From the NCBI GenBank assembly GCA_000002435.2, contig CM018792.1: a stretch of 64,000 nucleotides of DNA. One strand, written 5' to 3'. Both the position numbers and the translations under genes were made by a program. Source of the DNA: Giardia intestinalis (taxonomy: Eukaryota). Of this stretch, positions 1 through 10,605 are shown one piece after another (position 1 is the first letter of the stretch; each line of letters opens with the position of its first letter). The notes below the pieces were generated by a model. That model did no database searches and was not told where the DNA came from. It was given only the letters and a program-made list of their open reading frames with translations.

Positions 1-3000
1 CTCTGCTAGCTCTGTTCCTGTCTCCGTTTCTGTCTTTGCTCCTACCTCAGTACCTGTTGTCGCCAGAGCCGCACCTTTGCCATCAGAGAAAGACTCGGCT
101 GCGCCACGGAACCCATGCATTGACCTTGCCATCCCCGATCAAGCTCTTCCTGGCTCGCTTGCCGACTTCACAAGCCTACAGATAGGAGTGCTACTGAAGA
201 ATGAGAAAATAGTGAAGGCAAATCTTTTTCTTTCAGGAAAGCAGACAGCCGCTGGAATGTCTGCACTAATGTTGGCAGCAATCTATAACCAGGCGGAGAT
301 GGTCCATCTTCTGCGGCCTGCTGAAACTGGCCTAGTATGTAAAAACTCACACACTGCTTACTACTACTCTCTTGCTGCTGGAAACTTAGCAATAGCGGAT
401 TCCTTGTATGGCGATGAGTACCAGGTGGAATGCGCAGCAAATCCAGCGGCCTTTCCCTCTCATCCTGGACTTACAGTGATAGAAAGGATGCAGCATGCTG
501 TGCAAGCGCAGAACCTTGTAGATGTGCACTACCTTACCATGACGGAAGTCACAGCAACGAAGCATCACATTCCTCTCATGCACCAAGCAGTTGAGCTAAA
601 TAATTGGCAGCTTGTGCTCATTCTTTCTCGGTTTGAGGCACAGAAGCGCGACAGCGTCGGAGAGACCTGCCTGCACAAGGCTGCTCGCTTAGGGTATGCT
701 AAGATTGTAGAGATCCTTGCCCCTTACGAAGCAAACATAGCCTGCAGGGATTCGACTATTTCTGGCAGACTTCTCTTTGCAGTTGATTTGGCAATAGCAA
801 ACGGTCATACTATCTGCTTCGACATTCTTAAGTTTTATGAGCATAAGGAAGAGTATGCAAAGAAGGGGCTGTTCCTCAAGGACACCAAGAAGACCACTCC
901 ACTTATTGCCGCCGTCTTATCTAAGGATATCAATATCATTCGTCTAAGATGTCAAGAGAATCAACTAAGCTATGACGCTGATGGCTATACTGCTCTTATG
1001 CACGCAGTTTTGACCAATCAACTATCTGCTGTAATATTGCTCAGAAAGGGATCTATGCAGATCTGTCGAAGTCAGCAGCACGAAGGGCTTACCTCTCTCT
1101 GGCTGGCCTACCTCCAGGGCAACAGTGCTATAGTTAGACTTCTTGCGCCGTACGAAGGAACACACCCTAATCCATATCAGGTCAAGCCCTTCGTCGCTGC
1201 TTTGACAGATGGAAGACTGCTGATGGTTGTTGGACTGGAGGATCATTCTGAATACGTTGCCCCTACAAGGGAGATTCTTGAGCAAAAGGCTTCGGAGCTA
1301 TTTGGTCAAGGGCTGATAGACTTATCTCTAGAAACGTGTAGTACATGCTCCCCCGAGACTATGTTGTGCATGGTCCTTAAAGACAAGAAGCTATCGACTA
1401 GATCTCACGACTCTGTTGCGAGCATCTCTGACACATCTGTAACAACTCGATCATTTTCCTGCTCAAGCACACGCAGCACCAGCGCAAACGGCTCTGCACC
1501 AAATCTTCCTCTGAAGAGCATGCACTATCAAATCACTAGTAAGTCGCGCCAAGTGTTGCTTCCCAAGTACACCTTTTCTAGAACATCTGTTTCTGCTGAT
1601 TACCCTGACAACTCTCACGCAGCTCGAAGCCAATCCACGTCCTCCACCAGGGTTGTAAGAGCAACAATGGATAACATACGCCATCTAAGTTTCGCAAACG
1701 AAGGAATGAGCCACGATTGTAGGCATGAAATCAAGTGCATGCAGGTGATTTATAATATGCCTTCATACGGTTCATCAATCCCGGTAGCAGCATTAAATAA
1801 TAAGCCTGCTCGACCTGCAGCACTTGGCAAGCCTAGCAATCGGCAGCTGGCACACTGGTTCGAGCAGCAGCTGCTTTTCTCCGACACTAGTAGCAATGAA
1901 GACTGCTATTGGCCACTGGAGACAGGGGGGTCTAGCCCGATGTCACGGTCGCCGTCCAATTTAATTCTTTCGCCCCTGACTGGGCACACTCTACAGCTCA
2001 CTCAGATTGACCCAAAGATTACTAATCTTATGCTAGCGGTCCTGGCCAATGACCCTCCGGCTGTCCTGTACTATCGGGATGAGCTTTGTCTGCAATCTTC
2101 CAACGGAACTACTGCACTAATGCTTGCGGTGGCCATGAATAGCCTTACATTAGTTCGACTGCTTGTAGGGGAGAAGGGAATTCGCAGACACGATGGCCTC
2201 TGTGCCAGCAACTTTATACGGAAAGATGCGATAGAGATACGAGCTATTCTTGCAGGCGAACATAAGTGCTTTCGGGACCAGAATGGCCGTACAGGCCTGA
2301 TGCAGAACATCATACAGAGCATCTCATACCCGCGCGCGATTCTCACATCTATTCTACGAACACAGGATGATTCTGTTGTTTGTGCGTCTAGAGAGTCGAT
2401 GGGGCCGGTGACGGCTCTAGGATTCGCAGCCTACCGGGGTGCTACACGCATTGTCCAGAGTCTTTTGGGGATCAATGACTTCTACTCCATTTCTCGCAAC
2501 CACAGGACTCCCCTTATGCTTGCCGCTATAACAGGGCATCTAGCCACTATCAAGCTTCTGCTCCCTAACTTCGTTGGTTTTAGAGATCAGGATGGATACA
2601 CAGCGCTCGCTATAGCCACTTACCACGGTCACTCAGATGTTGTCGAGTTCCTTTTCCCTTATGAGGCCCACATCTGCACAAAGACTGGCCTCAATGCTAC
2701 GATGATTGCGGCGAAAAAGAACCGCGTTAAGTGCTTGGAAATCATGCATAGAATATGTTCTCACAGTAGCTCACAGCGGCAGTACGAGTATATGTTCAAC
2801 GCACGCGATAATGCAGGGATTCCTGCTATTGTTCATGCGGCTGCCAACGAGAGCCTTGAAGCGTTCACATGGTTAGTAGACAACACTGAAGAGGCTAACG
2901 CCCAATTAGCCCAAGGGACCACTCTCCTTATGTATTGTTGCAAGAGGAATCTCCATAGCTTTGTGGACGTCTTAGTTCGTCGAAAGAAGGGCCTTGGGCT

Positions 3001-3370
3001 TCAAGATCACTGCGGCAGGACCGCACTGATGATAGCCGCTGCTTGTAATCACACTGCCTGTGTCCAGATGCTTTCTCCATTTGAAATAAAGATTAGAGGA
3101 GCATATCGCACAACAGCTTTGATTTCAGCCACTAAGAGCGGTGCATACGAAGCTGCTGAGTTACTATTGGATGAGGCGGGACTGCAAGAAGACGGTGACT
3201 ATACAGCGCTGTACTATGCTGTAGGCGAATGCCACAATGATAGATTGATTGAGCTGCTTCTTCCCTACGAAGCAAGTATATGTCCGGAGCTACTGGAAGC
3301 AGCCGCTGATCAGTTTTGCCCGAGCAGCTTCGAGGAAATTTATGCTAAGCTTCAGGCACACGGGGGCTAA
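1..3370 (+). CDS. Ankyrin-repeat protein (Giardia 'Protein 21.1'-like), 5'-partial. The frame is open from nt 2 to the window edge. The ORF-track start at 77 is a TTG, not ATG.
   Basis: More than 20 tandem ~33-aa ankyrin repeats (TALMxAA..GH..vV.lLl motifs) across the 1097-aa ORF. The same frame translates without a stop from position 2 (SASSVPVSVSVFAPTSVPVV...). Confidence 0.8.
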   Translation, partial: SASSVPVSVSVFAPTSVPVVARAAPLPSEKDSAAPRNPCIDLAIPDQALPGSLADFTSLQIGVLLKNEKIVKANLFLSGKQTAAGMSALMLAAIYNQAEMVHLLRPAETGLVCKNSHTAYYYSLAAGNLAIADSLYGDEYQVECAANPAAFPSHPGLTVIERMQHAVQAQNLVDVHYLTMTEVTATKHHIPLMHQAVELNNWQLVLILSRFEAQKRDSVGETCLHKAARLGYAKIVEILAPYEANIACRDSTISGRLLFAVDLAIANGHTICFDILKFYEHKEEYAKKGLFLKDTKKTTPLIAAVLSKDINIIRLRCQENQLSYDADGYTALMHAVLTNQLSAVILLRKGSMQICRSQQHEGLTSLWLAYLQGNSAIVRLLAPYEGTHPNPYQVKPFVAALTDGRLLMVVGLEDHSEYVAPTREILEQKASELFGQGLIDLSLETCSTCSPETMLCMVLKDKKLSTRSHDSVASISDTSVTTRSFSCSSTRSTSANGSAPNLPLKSMHYQITSKSRQVLLPKYTFSRTSVSADYPDNSHAARSQSTSSTRVVRATMDNIRHLSFANEGMSHDCRHEIKCMQVIYNMPSYGSSIPVAALNNKPARPAALGKPSNRQLAHWFEQQLLFSDTSSNEDCYWPLETGGSSPMSRSPSNLILSPLTGHTLQLTQIDPKITNLMLAVLANDPPAVLYYRDELCLQSSNGTTALMLAVAMNSLTLVRLLVGEKGIRRHDGLCASNFIRKDAIEIRAILAGEHKCFRDQNGRTGLMQNIIQSISYPRAILTSILRTQDDSVVCASRESMGPVTALGFAAYRGATRIVQSLLGINDFYSISRNHRTPLMLAAITGHLATIKLLLPNFVGFRDQDGYTALAIATYHGHSDVVEFLFPYEAHICTKTGLNATMIAAKKNRVKCLEIMHRICSHSSSQRQYEYMFNARDNAGIPAIVHAAANESLEAFTWLVDNTEEANAQLAQGTTLLMYCCKRNLHSFVDVLVRRKKGLGLQDHCGRTALMIAAACNHTACVQMLSPFEIKIRGAYRTTALISATKSGAYEAAELLLDEAGLQEDGDYTALYYAVGECHNDRLIELLLPYEASICPELLEAAADQFCPSSFEEIYAKLQAHGG

Positions 3371-3396
3371 TGTTGCTAGGTCACAGCTTCTACGTG

Positions 3397-3870
3397 TTAC
3401 CCCTGGGTTAGAATTCGAGACCTAATACTTACAATGCCGTCATTGGTTGCTATGTTAACCGCGTTTTTGGTCAAAGATATAGAGTCTACAATGGAGGTAG
3501 CATCGTGTCCCAATCGAAGATAGCATGAGCTTTTGGTCGTAGGCAATATCAGCTTGTCTCGGTTAGCCGGCTTACGCCCACGGTTTCCTGGGGTGCTGTG
3601 CTGGACATTGGCTTGTATAGACGTGGGCAGCATGTCTTTCAGGTTCGTCATCCGCTCGAGAATATAATCAAAACTAGGACCATACTGTGCTCGAAGCCTT
3701 TTTGCTGCTGCCAGATCATTGAGATATTCCCCGTAGTTATCTCTTGCATAGCAGAACGCCTTTAATAATTGGCTCTCCTGTGTTTGTGGCAGGCTCTTTG
3801 GCCGCGGATGCGAAGGTGCTCGGGGCTGCGGGTACTCACCTGCAGCCTTACGAGGCTTCGGGGGATGCAT
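3397..3870 (-). CDS. Small hypothetical protein. The likely start is the internal Met (MHPPKPRK...) at 3870. The ORF-track version extends to 3996.
   Basis: AT-rich initiator 'ttaattttaataaggactgcATG' immediately upstream of the 3870 ATG on the minus strand. The N-terminal 42 aa of the longer ORF are W/C/G/R-rich and look non-coding. No recognisable domain. Confidence 0.35.
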   Translation of the reverse strand: MHPPKPRKAAGEYPQPRAPSHPRPKSLPQTQESQLLKAFCYARDNYGEYLNDLAAAKRLRAQYGPSFDYILERMTNLKDMLPTSIQANVQHSTPGNRGRKPANRDKLILPTTKSSCYLRLGHDATSIVDSISLTKNAVNIATNDGIVSIRSRILTQG

Positions 3871-4123
3871 GCAGTCCTTATTAAAATTAATTGGGTCCGG
3901 CGTTACCCGTATGCTTGGCATCCTTCGTCCTCGCCTAACGGCTAAGCCTCCACAGCCCCAGCAGATACGGAGTATCCAGTCTGTGGACCCGTGCAAGCCC
4001 GCGTCACTAGGCCTCCATCAGCCCCCTGCCAGCCTGAGCGTCACATACAAACCGGTCCCGCCCCCGGACACAGACTACGGGCTGGAGAAGCTGCTCCGGC
4101 GCAAGTAAACAAGCACCGGCTAT

Positions 4124-4930
4124 TTACTCATAAGAGGCCCCGCCGCCGCGCTTGGCGATCGATCTGAGGCGCAGCTCGCGGTTCTTGATGATGTCGGGGC
4201 GGATACCCTTCGTCGTCGGAATGGCCACGGCGGGCGAGTCATTGCCAATGACGAAGACATTGCAGAGGCGAGTAAGGAACTCGGTACCTTCGGTGTCCTT
4301 CATGCGGATCATAGTGTAGGAGCCCATGTGCTTGTCGATAGCCTGGATTGTTCCGATGCGTCCACAGTTGCGCCCTCCAGTGACCATCACAATCTTGCCG
4401 ATGTCAAACTTGTACCACTCGTCGATCTTCCCCGTCTTCAGATTGATCTTGATGGTGTCGTTCGTCTTGATGTCAGGGTGTGGGAAGCGGATTGTACGTG
4501 CATCGTGTGTAGAAAGATAGGGCATACCCTTGTCTCCGAGGAAGATCTTCTGGACTCGGCAGAGCTTGAATCCGGCCTCGTTGCTCTGGATGGGAACAAG
4601 GGTGAAGCGGCCCTTGACGTCGTAGAGGACGCGGAAGGTCTTATGCACCTTCGGGATCTCAAAGACGTCCATGAAGCCGACAGGGAAGGTGGGGTCTGTG
4701 CGCGGCTTGCCGTCGATCAAGACATTCTTGTCCTGGAGGATCATGCTGGTTTCAGCGTAGGTGTTAGCATAGTGGAGGCGGTTACGCAGGATGAGGATGA
4801 GTGGGATGCACTCGCGGAGGCCATGGGGGCCGTTTGTAGGTCTGGGGGCCCAGATGCCTCCCATCTTGTCTAGAAGCCAGTGCTTCGGTGCGTTGAGGCG
4901 CTTAAGGTGCTTGCGGACTCCACGGGCCAT
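4124..4930 (-). CDS. RPS4: 40S ribosomal protein S4 (eS4)
   Basis: 268-aa protein MARGVRKHLKRLNAPKHWLLDKMGGIWAPRP...KFDIGKIVMVTGGRNCGRIGTI is a canonical eS4 sequence. True ATG (cat at 4928-4930). AT-rich promoter block follows at 4931-5045. Confidence 0.95.
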   Translation of the reverse strand: MARGVRKHLKRLNAPKHWLLDKMGGIWAPRPTNGPHGLRECIPLILILRNRLHYANTYAETSMILQDKNVLIDGKPRTDPTFPVGFMDVFEIPKVHKTFRVLYDVKGRFTLVPIQSNEAGFKLCRVQKIFLGDKGMPYLSTHDARTIRFPHPDIKTNDTIKINLKTGKIDEWYKFDIGKIVMVTGGRNCGRIGTIQAIDKHMGSYTMIRMKDTEGTEFLTRLCNVFVIGNDSPAVAIPTTKGIRPDIIKNRELRLRSIAKRGGGASYE

Positions 4931-5045
4931 TCGCTGCTAAACCAGAATACCATCCTAATTTGGATTTAAAATACATTCGTGAGATATTTTAAATATAAAT
5001 TGGACATTTTACTTAAAATTGCAATCCAGACTGGAGACGCAGTTG
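4931..5045. promoter_or_regulatory. AT-rich bidirectional promoter / initiator region between divergent RPS4 (-) and the coiled-coil gene (+)
   Basis: About 115 bp of strongly AT-rich sequence (tttaaaatacattcgtgagatattttaaatataaattggacattttacttaaaattgc) flanked on both sides by start codons. Short AT-rich initiators are the known promoter type in Giardia. Confidence 0.6.
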
Positions 5046-8000
5046 ATGACCCAGGATGGCCCGGGCAGCTCGCCTGTTTCACTTCATAATGGTTCTGTAG
5101 GTGATTACATTCGTCGACTGGAGATGCAAAACGCTTGTTTTCAGGAGGCGCTCTTCCACGCATCACGCTATACATCTGCAGTGCAAGGAAAGCTTTCCTT
5201 GGATCCCTGCGAAAGTCAAGAGCTGGAGGACCTATATATCTCTTGGTCTACGGCGTTGCAGCGGTGCCAGTTGCAAAGCCAGGATCGTCTATCACAACAT
5301 GATCAACTCCCAGAAAGGACGGCGCCATCTATCTTAGCTTCTGACAGGGTGGACGGCTCTGGATCGTCTCCGATGCCAAGAATCTTGCGTGATTGCCTCA
5401 TAATACAGACTGATGGGGTCTCTGAGGCACTGGAAGGTCAGACCGTACACACCTACACCGCAGAACTCCGCCTTCTGAGGGAGAAAGTAGTTGTATTACA
5501 AGAAGAATTTAGTAAGGAGCACGATCTTCGCGTGGCCTCAGAGAAGCTTAACACCTGTCTTCAGAGCGAGATACGGTCGCAAGCCGAGTCTCTTAAGGAG
5601 TGTAATGACGAAAACACTGAGTTGCATAATAAGATCCGGGCCCTCAAGGCACAGATACATGAGATGGACACCTCTGCTGAGACAGCATATGACGACAACT
5701 TGAAGCTAGCTGAACGAGTTCGTCATCTCACAGGATCCATGAATGAAATTAGAGTACGAGTAAGCACGGTCCTCCGCCTATTTGGAAGAAAGCCAAGTTC
5801 TCACAGGTCTGCGCGTCCAGTGTCAGCCGCAGCTGCCACAGGAATGCGTCGTGCGATATCCTACGATATTAATTCTGAAGGGATACTCGAGGACTGCAAG
5901 CAGCTCCATCTACTTGTTGCACCACTCCTAGATGCCACCTCAACTCGTGACTCAGGTACCGCAGATTATTCCAGTGGCCTGCCTCTGAACTGTGATGAGC
6001 CAGCACCAACCGCTGAGCACTCGCCACTGACGCATAACTCTGTCATCCAGCAGCCCCTGACAACGACTGCCGGTGACTCATTATCTCCACCAAGCAAGGA
6101 CCTAACATCAGCAGAGAGTACACCTTTGCCAATGCAAGCTGTGGTGCAGCGCCTGCAGGAATTTGAAAAGGTCAAAGAACAACTAACTCTCCTTACAGTT
6201 GAAGCCCAGAGTGCTCAGACCCTGTTACAACATGCTGTCCACGATAAGGAGCTAGCTGAAAAGAAGTCTTCCGAGTATCAGGACCGGCTTTCACGTGCAG
6301 AAGCTGAGGTCAAGCGTATGAGCAAGACGCTGCACAACTTGATGGAGGCCATTATAAACTTCGATTCATGCTCGGACCCTCCCATCTTCGATACGGCTGC
6401 GATCGCTCAGGAGTCACTAGATTTGGTAGAGCCAGTAGCCAGGCCCATCATTGAATCCCTATCTATACACGATAAGAATTCTGTCACGATTGTTAAACTC
6501 TTGCAGCAACAGATTGATACCTTGAAGCTCGAAGCCGAAAAGTTGAGACTGTCCAATCTGATGCTGTTGAAGCGGGAGGCGTGCAACACTAGTGTCATTC
6601 GTAACATGGAGCAGCAACTTCGTCGTCTGTCCGACGAGAACTTTTTCCTTGCAGGAGAGAATTCTGTCCTTCTAGGAGCGAAGGGTGTGGTAAATCCTAA
6701 CGTCGGACTCACTACGTTAACTAATGATAACAAAGCTCTGAGAGAGCAACTTGTAAGCATCCAGCAGAAACATTCTCAGCTTAAGAATGAGCACGACAAG
6801 CTAGTATCTAGTTACAAGGCGCTTAAGATAGAGCTTGATGAGGAGCAGGGGCGACGCGCCAGAGCTGAGGATCGATGTACAATAATGCGGGACGAGATTC
6901 AGGAACTCAATGACTGTCGTCGATCGCGATCTGCATCTCGGGCTGGTAGTCGCAGGAGTAGTGTAAGTGGCCCGCCATCCGTCAACGGCTTTCGTGATGA
7001 TCCACAAGGAGCTAATGACATCATTCGCAGCCTCAAGCGGACAATTGCGACAGTTCGTCTGGAGAATGTTAGTCTATCAAGCCAGATAGAGACTCTCATC
7101 TTCAGCGAAGCTAGAACTAAGCAATGTGTCACTCAACTCATGCTAGAAAATCATAAGCTTGTTACTGAAGCAGTCTGCAGAGATGTTTTAGTGTCTGCCC
7201 TGCAGAACGAGGCACAGCGCCACCAACAGACTCTTCTTCGGATGTGCGTTCTCGCCCCCTCAGATAACGCTCACGAGAAGCTAAACGAACACATAGCCAA
7301 GTTAGAAGAGCAATTGTTGGCCAGAGACAAAGCTTTAGAAACACTACATGAGGAGCGTGTCAAGCTAGCGACGAAGGAAGCAGCTCTTTGCATGGATATA
7401 GACGGGCTGTCCACGGAGAATGTACGCCTTACCATAGAAAATGGCAATTTGATCAATCAATTAGAAGTCTTAAAACAGCCACAACGGCACTCTCCAGACG
7501 CTCAGACTGCGTCCTGTATTACGAATAGGACAGCCACAGAAACGGTAGATAAGATCTGTGTCAGCACCCCTAACTCCTGTGAAGGAGCATCCAATAGTAG
7601 GTTACTATTTACGTTGGCGAGGGCTGACATAGTTCTCAACCAGAAGCATCCTTCTAGCGACAGCTGCGTAGAGGCGGAGCTTTCAAGAGTTTCTGACTCC
7701 ATGGACAAATTAGCTCTGCAAAACAAACACCTTCAACATGAAAATATCCAAATAAAACATCGTCTCAAAGAAGTCGAGAGACAACACCTGGTACCGCATG
7801 ATTCCTTGCTCAGAATGGCACGATACTTGAATGAGAAAGAAGAGGAGCTTTTCATTATTGTAGAGATGGCTCAGACTCATAATTCCCAGTTAGTTGGGCT
7901 CCATAACTACGTCAACAGACTCATGAATGAGTGCCTTTCTCCAGTTGAAAATGACATGCGCCCCTCAATAGAAGCATCGGATGTCACATCTCTCCAGATC

Positions 8001-8126
8001 AAGCAGCTCCTTAGACAGCTTGTCAAGGAGGTGATCTCCTTGAAGCCCATGGCCATAAGCTCTAGAACAGCCAGTCTCCGTGTCTCTACCGCTTCTGAGC
8101 TTCTCCAACGATTCACTTCAGCATAA
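5046..8126 (+). CDS. Large coiled-coil protein (hypothetical). The ORF-track start at 5019 is TTG. The first ATG is 5046.
   Basis: 1026 aa with long heptad-like, E/K/L/Q-rich stretches (LKAQIHEMDTSAETAYDDNLKLAERVRHL..., QQLRRLSDENFFLAGEN...). No catalytic motifs. Confidence 0.65.
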   Translation: MTQDGPGSSPVSLHNGSVGDYIRRLEMQNACFQEALFHASRYTSAVQGKLSLDPCESQELEDLYISWSTALQRCQLQSQDRLSQHDQLPERTAPSILASDRVDGSGSSPMPRILRDCLIIQTDGVSEALEGQTVHTYTAELRLLREKVVVLQEEFSKEHDLRVASEKLNTCLQSEIRSQAESLKECNDENTELHNKIRALKAQIHEMDTSAETAYDDNLKLAERVRHLTGSMNEIRVRVSTVLRLFGRKPSSHRSARPVSAAAATGMRRAISYDINSEGILEDCKQLHLLVAPLLDATSTRDSGTADYSSGLPLNCDEPAPTAEHSPLTHNSVIQQPLTTTAGDSLSPPSKDLTSAESTPLPMQAVVQRLQEFEKVKEQLTLLTVEAQSAQTLLQHAVHDKELAEKKSSEYQDRLSRAEAEVKRMSKTLHNLMEAIINFDSCSDPPIFDTAAIAQESLDLVEPVARPIIESLSIHDKNSVTIVKLLQQQIDTLKLEAEKLRLSNLMLLKREACNTSVIRNMEQQLRRLSDENFFLAGENSVLLGAKGVVNPNVGLTTLTNDNKALREQLVSIQQKHSQLKNEHDKLVSSYKALKIELDEEQGRRARAEDRCTIMRDEIQELNDCRRSRSASRAGSRRSSVSGPPSVNGFRDDPQGANDIIRSLKRTIATVRLENVSLSSQIETLIFSEARTKQCVTQLMLENHKLVTEAVCRDVLVSALQNEAQRHQQTLLRMCVLAPSDNAHEKLNEHIAKLEEQLLARDKALETLHEERVKLATKEAALCMDIDGLSTENVRLTIENGNLINQLEVLKQPQRHSPDAQTASCITNRTATETVDKICVSTPNSCEGASNSRLLFTLARADIVLNQKHPSSDSCVEAELSRVSDSMDKLALQNKHLQHENIQIKHRLKEVERQHLVPHDSLLRMARYLNEKEEELFIIVEMAQTHNSQLVGLHNYVNRLMNECLSPVENDMRPSIEASDVTSLQIKQLLRQLVKEVISLKPMAISSRTASLRVSTASELLQRFTSA

Positions 8127-8133
8127 GCTGCAC

Positions 8134-9480
8134 TCACTCCTCTATACAACAAACGACGCTAACATGGGGAATTCCGTTGAACTCCGTTGCTGCTGCATAA
8201 GTATAGGCTCCAAATGCGTCTGTGATCACCCAGTCCCCGACGTCCAAGAGGGGGAGCTTGCGCTCCTTCAGAATGCAATCCAGAGAATCGCATGTTGGAC
8301 CAAAGATGCTAGACGTATTTAGGCTAGACCCTGCATGAGCCCCGGAGAGCTCCTTGCGATTGCCATGCTTATCTGTAAAACGCAGATGCGGGACAACATG
8401 GTCGAATAGAATGGCGTTGTAATATCCGTACACACCATCCCCGACATAGTACTTGACCTCATTAATGGACGCCTTACCTGATTCCATAATCTCCTTCTCA
8501 GTGAGGCAGCTGTTGTCTTCGATTTTGTCAAAGATGATGCGCCTGCCATATATTCGCGTTCCCAGGGTCATGATATCCCCTGCAAAGAATCTCCCCGGCT
8601 CCGCCATAATCTCTAGGTCCTCAGATTTGTTAGTAAAGTAAACCTTGATCCTGTTTATCTCCTCCCTGAGGGCAGAGGCTATCTCTTCGAAGCTAGGAGG
8701 AGTTATGTGTGCATGTCTGTTTGGCTCATCGTAATGACGCTCTGCGCCCTTGGACATGTACCCACCACCTATGTTCAAGACTGTGAGGGTGAAGCCCTGC
8801 TCCTTGGCAAACTTTGCTGCCTCTCCCATATATTGGACGGCTAAGCGGAAGGAGTCAACAGAGCCGCACCCTGAGCCAACGTGAAAGCTGAAACCAACTA
8901 AGTTTGCTCCCAGGTGCTTACAAAGCCTGATCAAGCGATAGCACTCACTGGGAGAAGCCCCAAATTTCACGCCAAAGCGACAAATGGAGGAGGACTCATC
9001 GGGAGGGAGAAGCCTGAGCACAAAGCGGCCTACCTTTCCAGGAGGGGTACTCTCAAGCATACTTAGCAGTTCATGTTCGGAATCGAACGTGAAGGTATTG
9101 CAATTAAGGCGAAACGCTTCTTCAATGGATCGCTTGGGTTTCTGCGGGTTTGCATATATTATCTTCGAGGGAGGGCAGCCGGCAGACAGAGCAGCGCGCA
9201 CCTCAGCGGGAGAGGCACAGTCAAACCCTGCTCCAAGAAGGTGCAGGGAGCGTAGGAGTAACGGGTGCATGTTGCACTTGACGGCATAACGGACCTGAAC
9301 CTCGGGAAGATGCGTTTTCCAGATGTTGTAGTGCCTCTCTATTTCGGAGACGTTGAGGACGCAGACGGCCTCCCTTCCGCTCTTTGCGTAAGCATCGACT
9401 ATCACCTTCGAAATATCCGCACCCTTTCCGATAGGGAGAAGGTTGTACTCGACAAGGGACGCTCTTGTCAGCACGGACAT
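8134..9480 (-). CDS. ODC: Ornithine decarboxylase (group IV PLP-dependent decarboxylase)
   Basis: FYAVKCN PLP-lysine motif (RYAVKCNMHP), glycine-rich loop LNIGGGYMSKG and the ODC signature GPTCDSLDC. 448 aa. True ATG at 9478-9480. Confidence 0.9.
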   Translation of the reverse strand: MSVLTRASLVEYNLLPIGKGADISKVIVDAYAKSGREAVCVLNVSEIERHYNIWKTHLPEVQVRYAVKCNMHPLLLRSLHLLGAGFDCASPAEVRAALSAGCPPSKIIYANPQKPKRSIEEAFRLNCNTFTFDSEHELLSMLESTPPGKVGRFVLRLLPPDESSSICRFGVKFGASPSECYRLIRLCKHLGANLVGFSFHVGSGCGSVDSFRLAVQYMGEAAKFAKEQGFTLTVLNIGGGYMSKGAERHYDEPNRHAHITPPSFEEIASALREEINRIKVYFTNKSEDLEIMAEPGRFFAGDIMTLGTRIYGRRIIFDKIEDNSCLTEKEIMESGKASINEVKYYVGDGVYGYYNAILFDHVVPHLRFTDKHGNRKELSGAHAGSSLNTSSIFGPTCDSLDCILKERKLPLLDVGDWVITDAFGAYTYAAATEFNGIPHVSVVCCIEE

Positions 9481-9570
9481 TTCAATTATTTATGACTCGA
9501 GAGTAGGGTTAACATGTGAAGCATGTGACCGGAAACATAATGAAAGGAATGTTCGTAGACTCAAATATAA

Positions 9571-10539
9571 ATGTTGCGTGGTAAGCAATCTAAAGGACAA
9601 ATTGCACTCCATTCCCTCATGGTCATAGTCTTTGTTGGAAGTATTGCTGCTCAAGTAGCGGGTACTCACAACGTCGCTTCCAACAGATATGATACCGCCA
9701 TCACACCGCCTAGTGCAGCGTTTCAAATTTGGACAATCATTTATCTACTCACGATTGCACTGATCATTTGGCAGTTCTTTGCCAATCTGTACGGATCCAG
9801 TAAGCTTGACTACGCGTTCAACGTCCTAATGATGTCCGCCTTTGTGCTGGGTGCAGTGTGGATGTACTTGTTTGGTTTAGATGACACAGGCCCACAATTC
9901 TTCCTCATACTTTTCTACTCGCTTCTTATCACAGCCGCCAGCTTGCTCGCGCGATACTGTCATGTCCATCCATTTGTGCGCATTGCAATCGACACTCATA
10001 CGTCATGGATTCTTTTCGCTACGACACTGTCTGGCTTCTGCTACGTCAAATACTCTTTCTGGATGTCCCCGGACTCTCCAGCCTCTTCTTCTCTTGTTGA
10101 CCTCCTCCACGAAGCCGATTACTCGCTAGTTCTTATGTTCGCTGTGTTGCTTCAAGGCTGTCTGAGTATCGTTTGTGCTAGCTTTGCATTTGGTTTGGTG
10201 TCTGTTTGGGCATGCAGTTGGATCACGGCCAGGCTTTTTGGAACCCAGTCATCGGCCGACATGCCGTCTCTAAGGTTTTCAGCTGGATCTGGAATTCTCA
10301 TCTCTATCGGGATGACAGTGCTGGGTGGATTTCTGTTCGACAATAATATTCATGAGCAGCGTGAGCAATCCATTAAGGCCAGATCCGCTGAGAATACTAC
10401 ATCGGAGAAGGAGACCAGCAAGACAAACAGTCCATCAACCTATAAGTTAATCTCAAAGGATATAGACCAGGCCAATCCAACCCCTGTCATCATCGAGACA
10501 CCAAGCATCCCCAACTCGGAGTTATCTGTTCTTGCATAG
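9571..10539 (+). CDS. Multi-pass membrane protein (hypothetical)
   Basis: 322 aa with about 7 hydrophobic helices. ATG at 9571 preceded by 'caaatataaATG' AT-rich initiator. Confidence 0.55.
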   Translation: MLRGKQSKGQIALHSLMVIVFVGSIAAQVAGTHNVASNRYDTAITPPSAAFQIWTIIYLLTIALIIWQFFANLYGSSKLDYAFNVLMMSAFVLGAVWMYLFGLDDTGPQFFLILFYSLLITAASLLARYCHVHPFVRIAIDTHTSWILFATTLSGFCYVKYSFWMSPDSPASSSLVDLLHEADYSLVLMFAVLLQGCLSIVCASFAFGLVSVWACSWITARLFGTQSSADMPSLRFSAGSGILISIGMTVLGGFLFDNNIHEQREQSIKARSAENTTSEKETSKTNSPSTYKLISKDIDQANPTPVIIETPSIPNSELSVLA

Positions 10540-10605
10540 ATGCCTCGCATCAATGAGCCGTGGCACTGGGCTGTATTTACTTACGAGTAGCTAAGCAATC
10601 CTGGG

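Noticed and set aside
4328-4873. 181-aa plus-strand ORF antisense to RPS4
   Set aside because: Antisense to a highly conserved ribosomal protein gene. No start context or homology.
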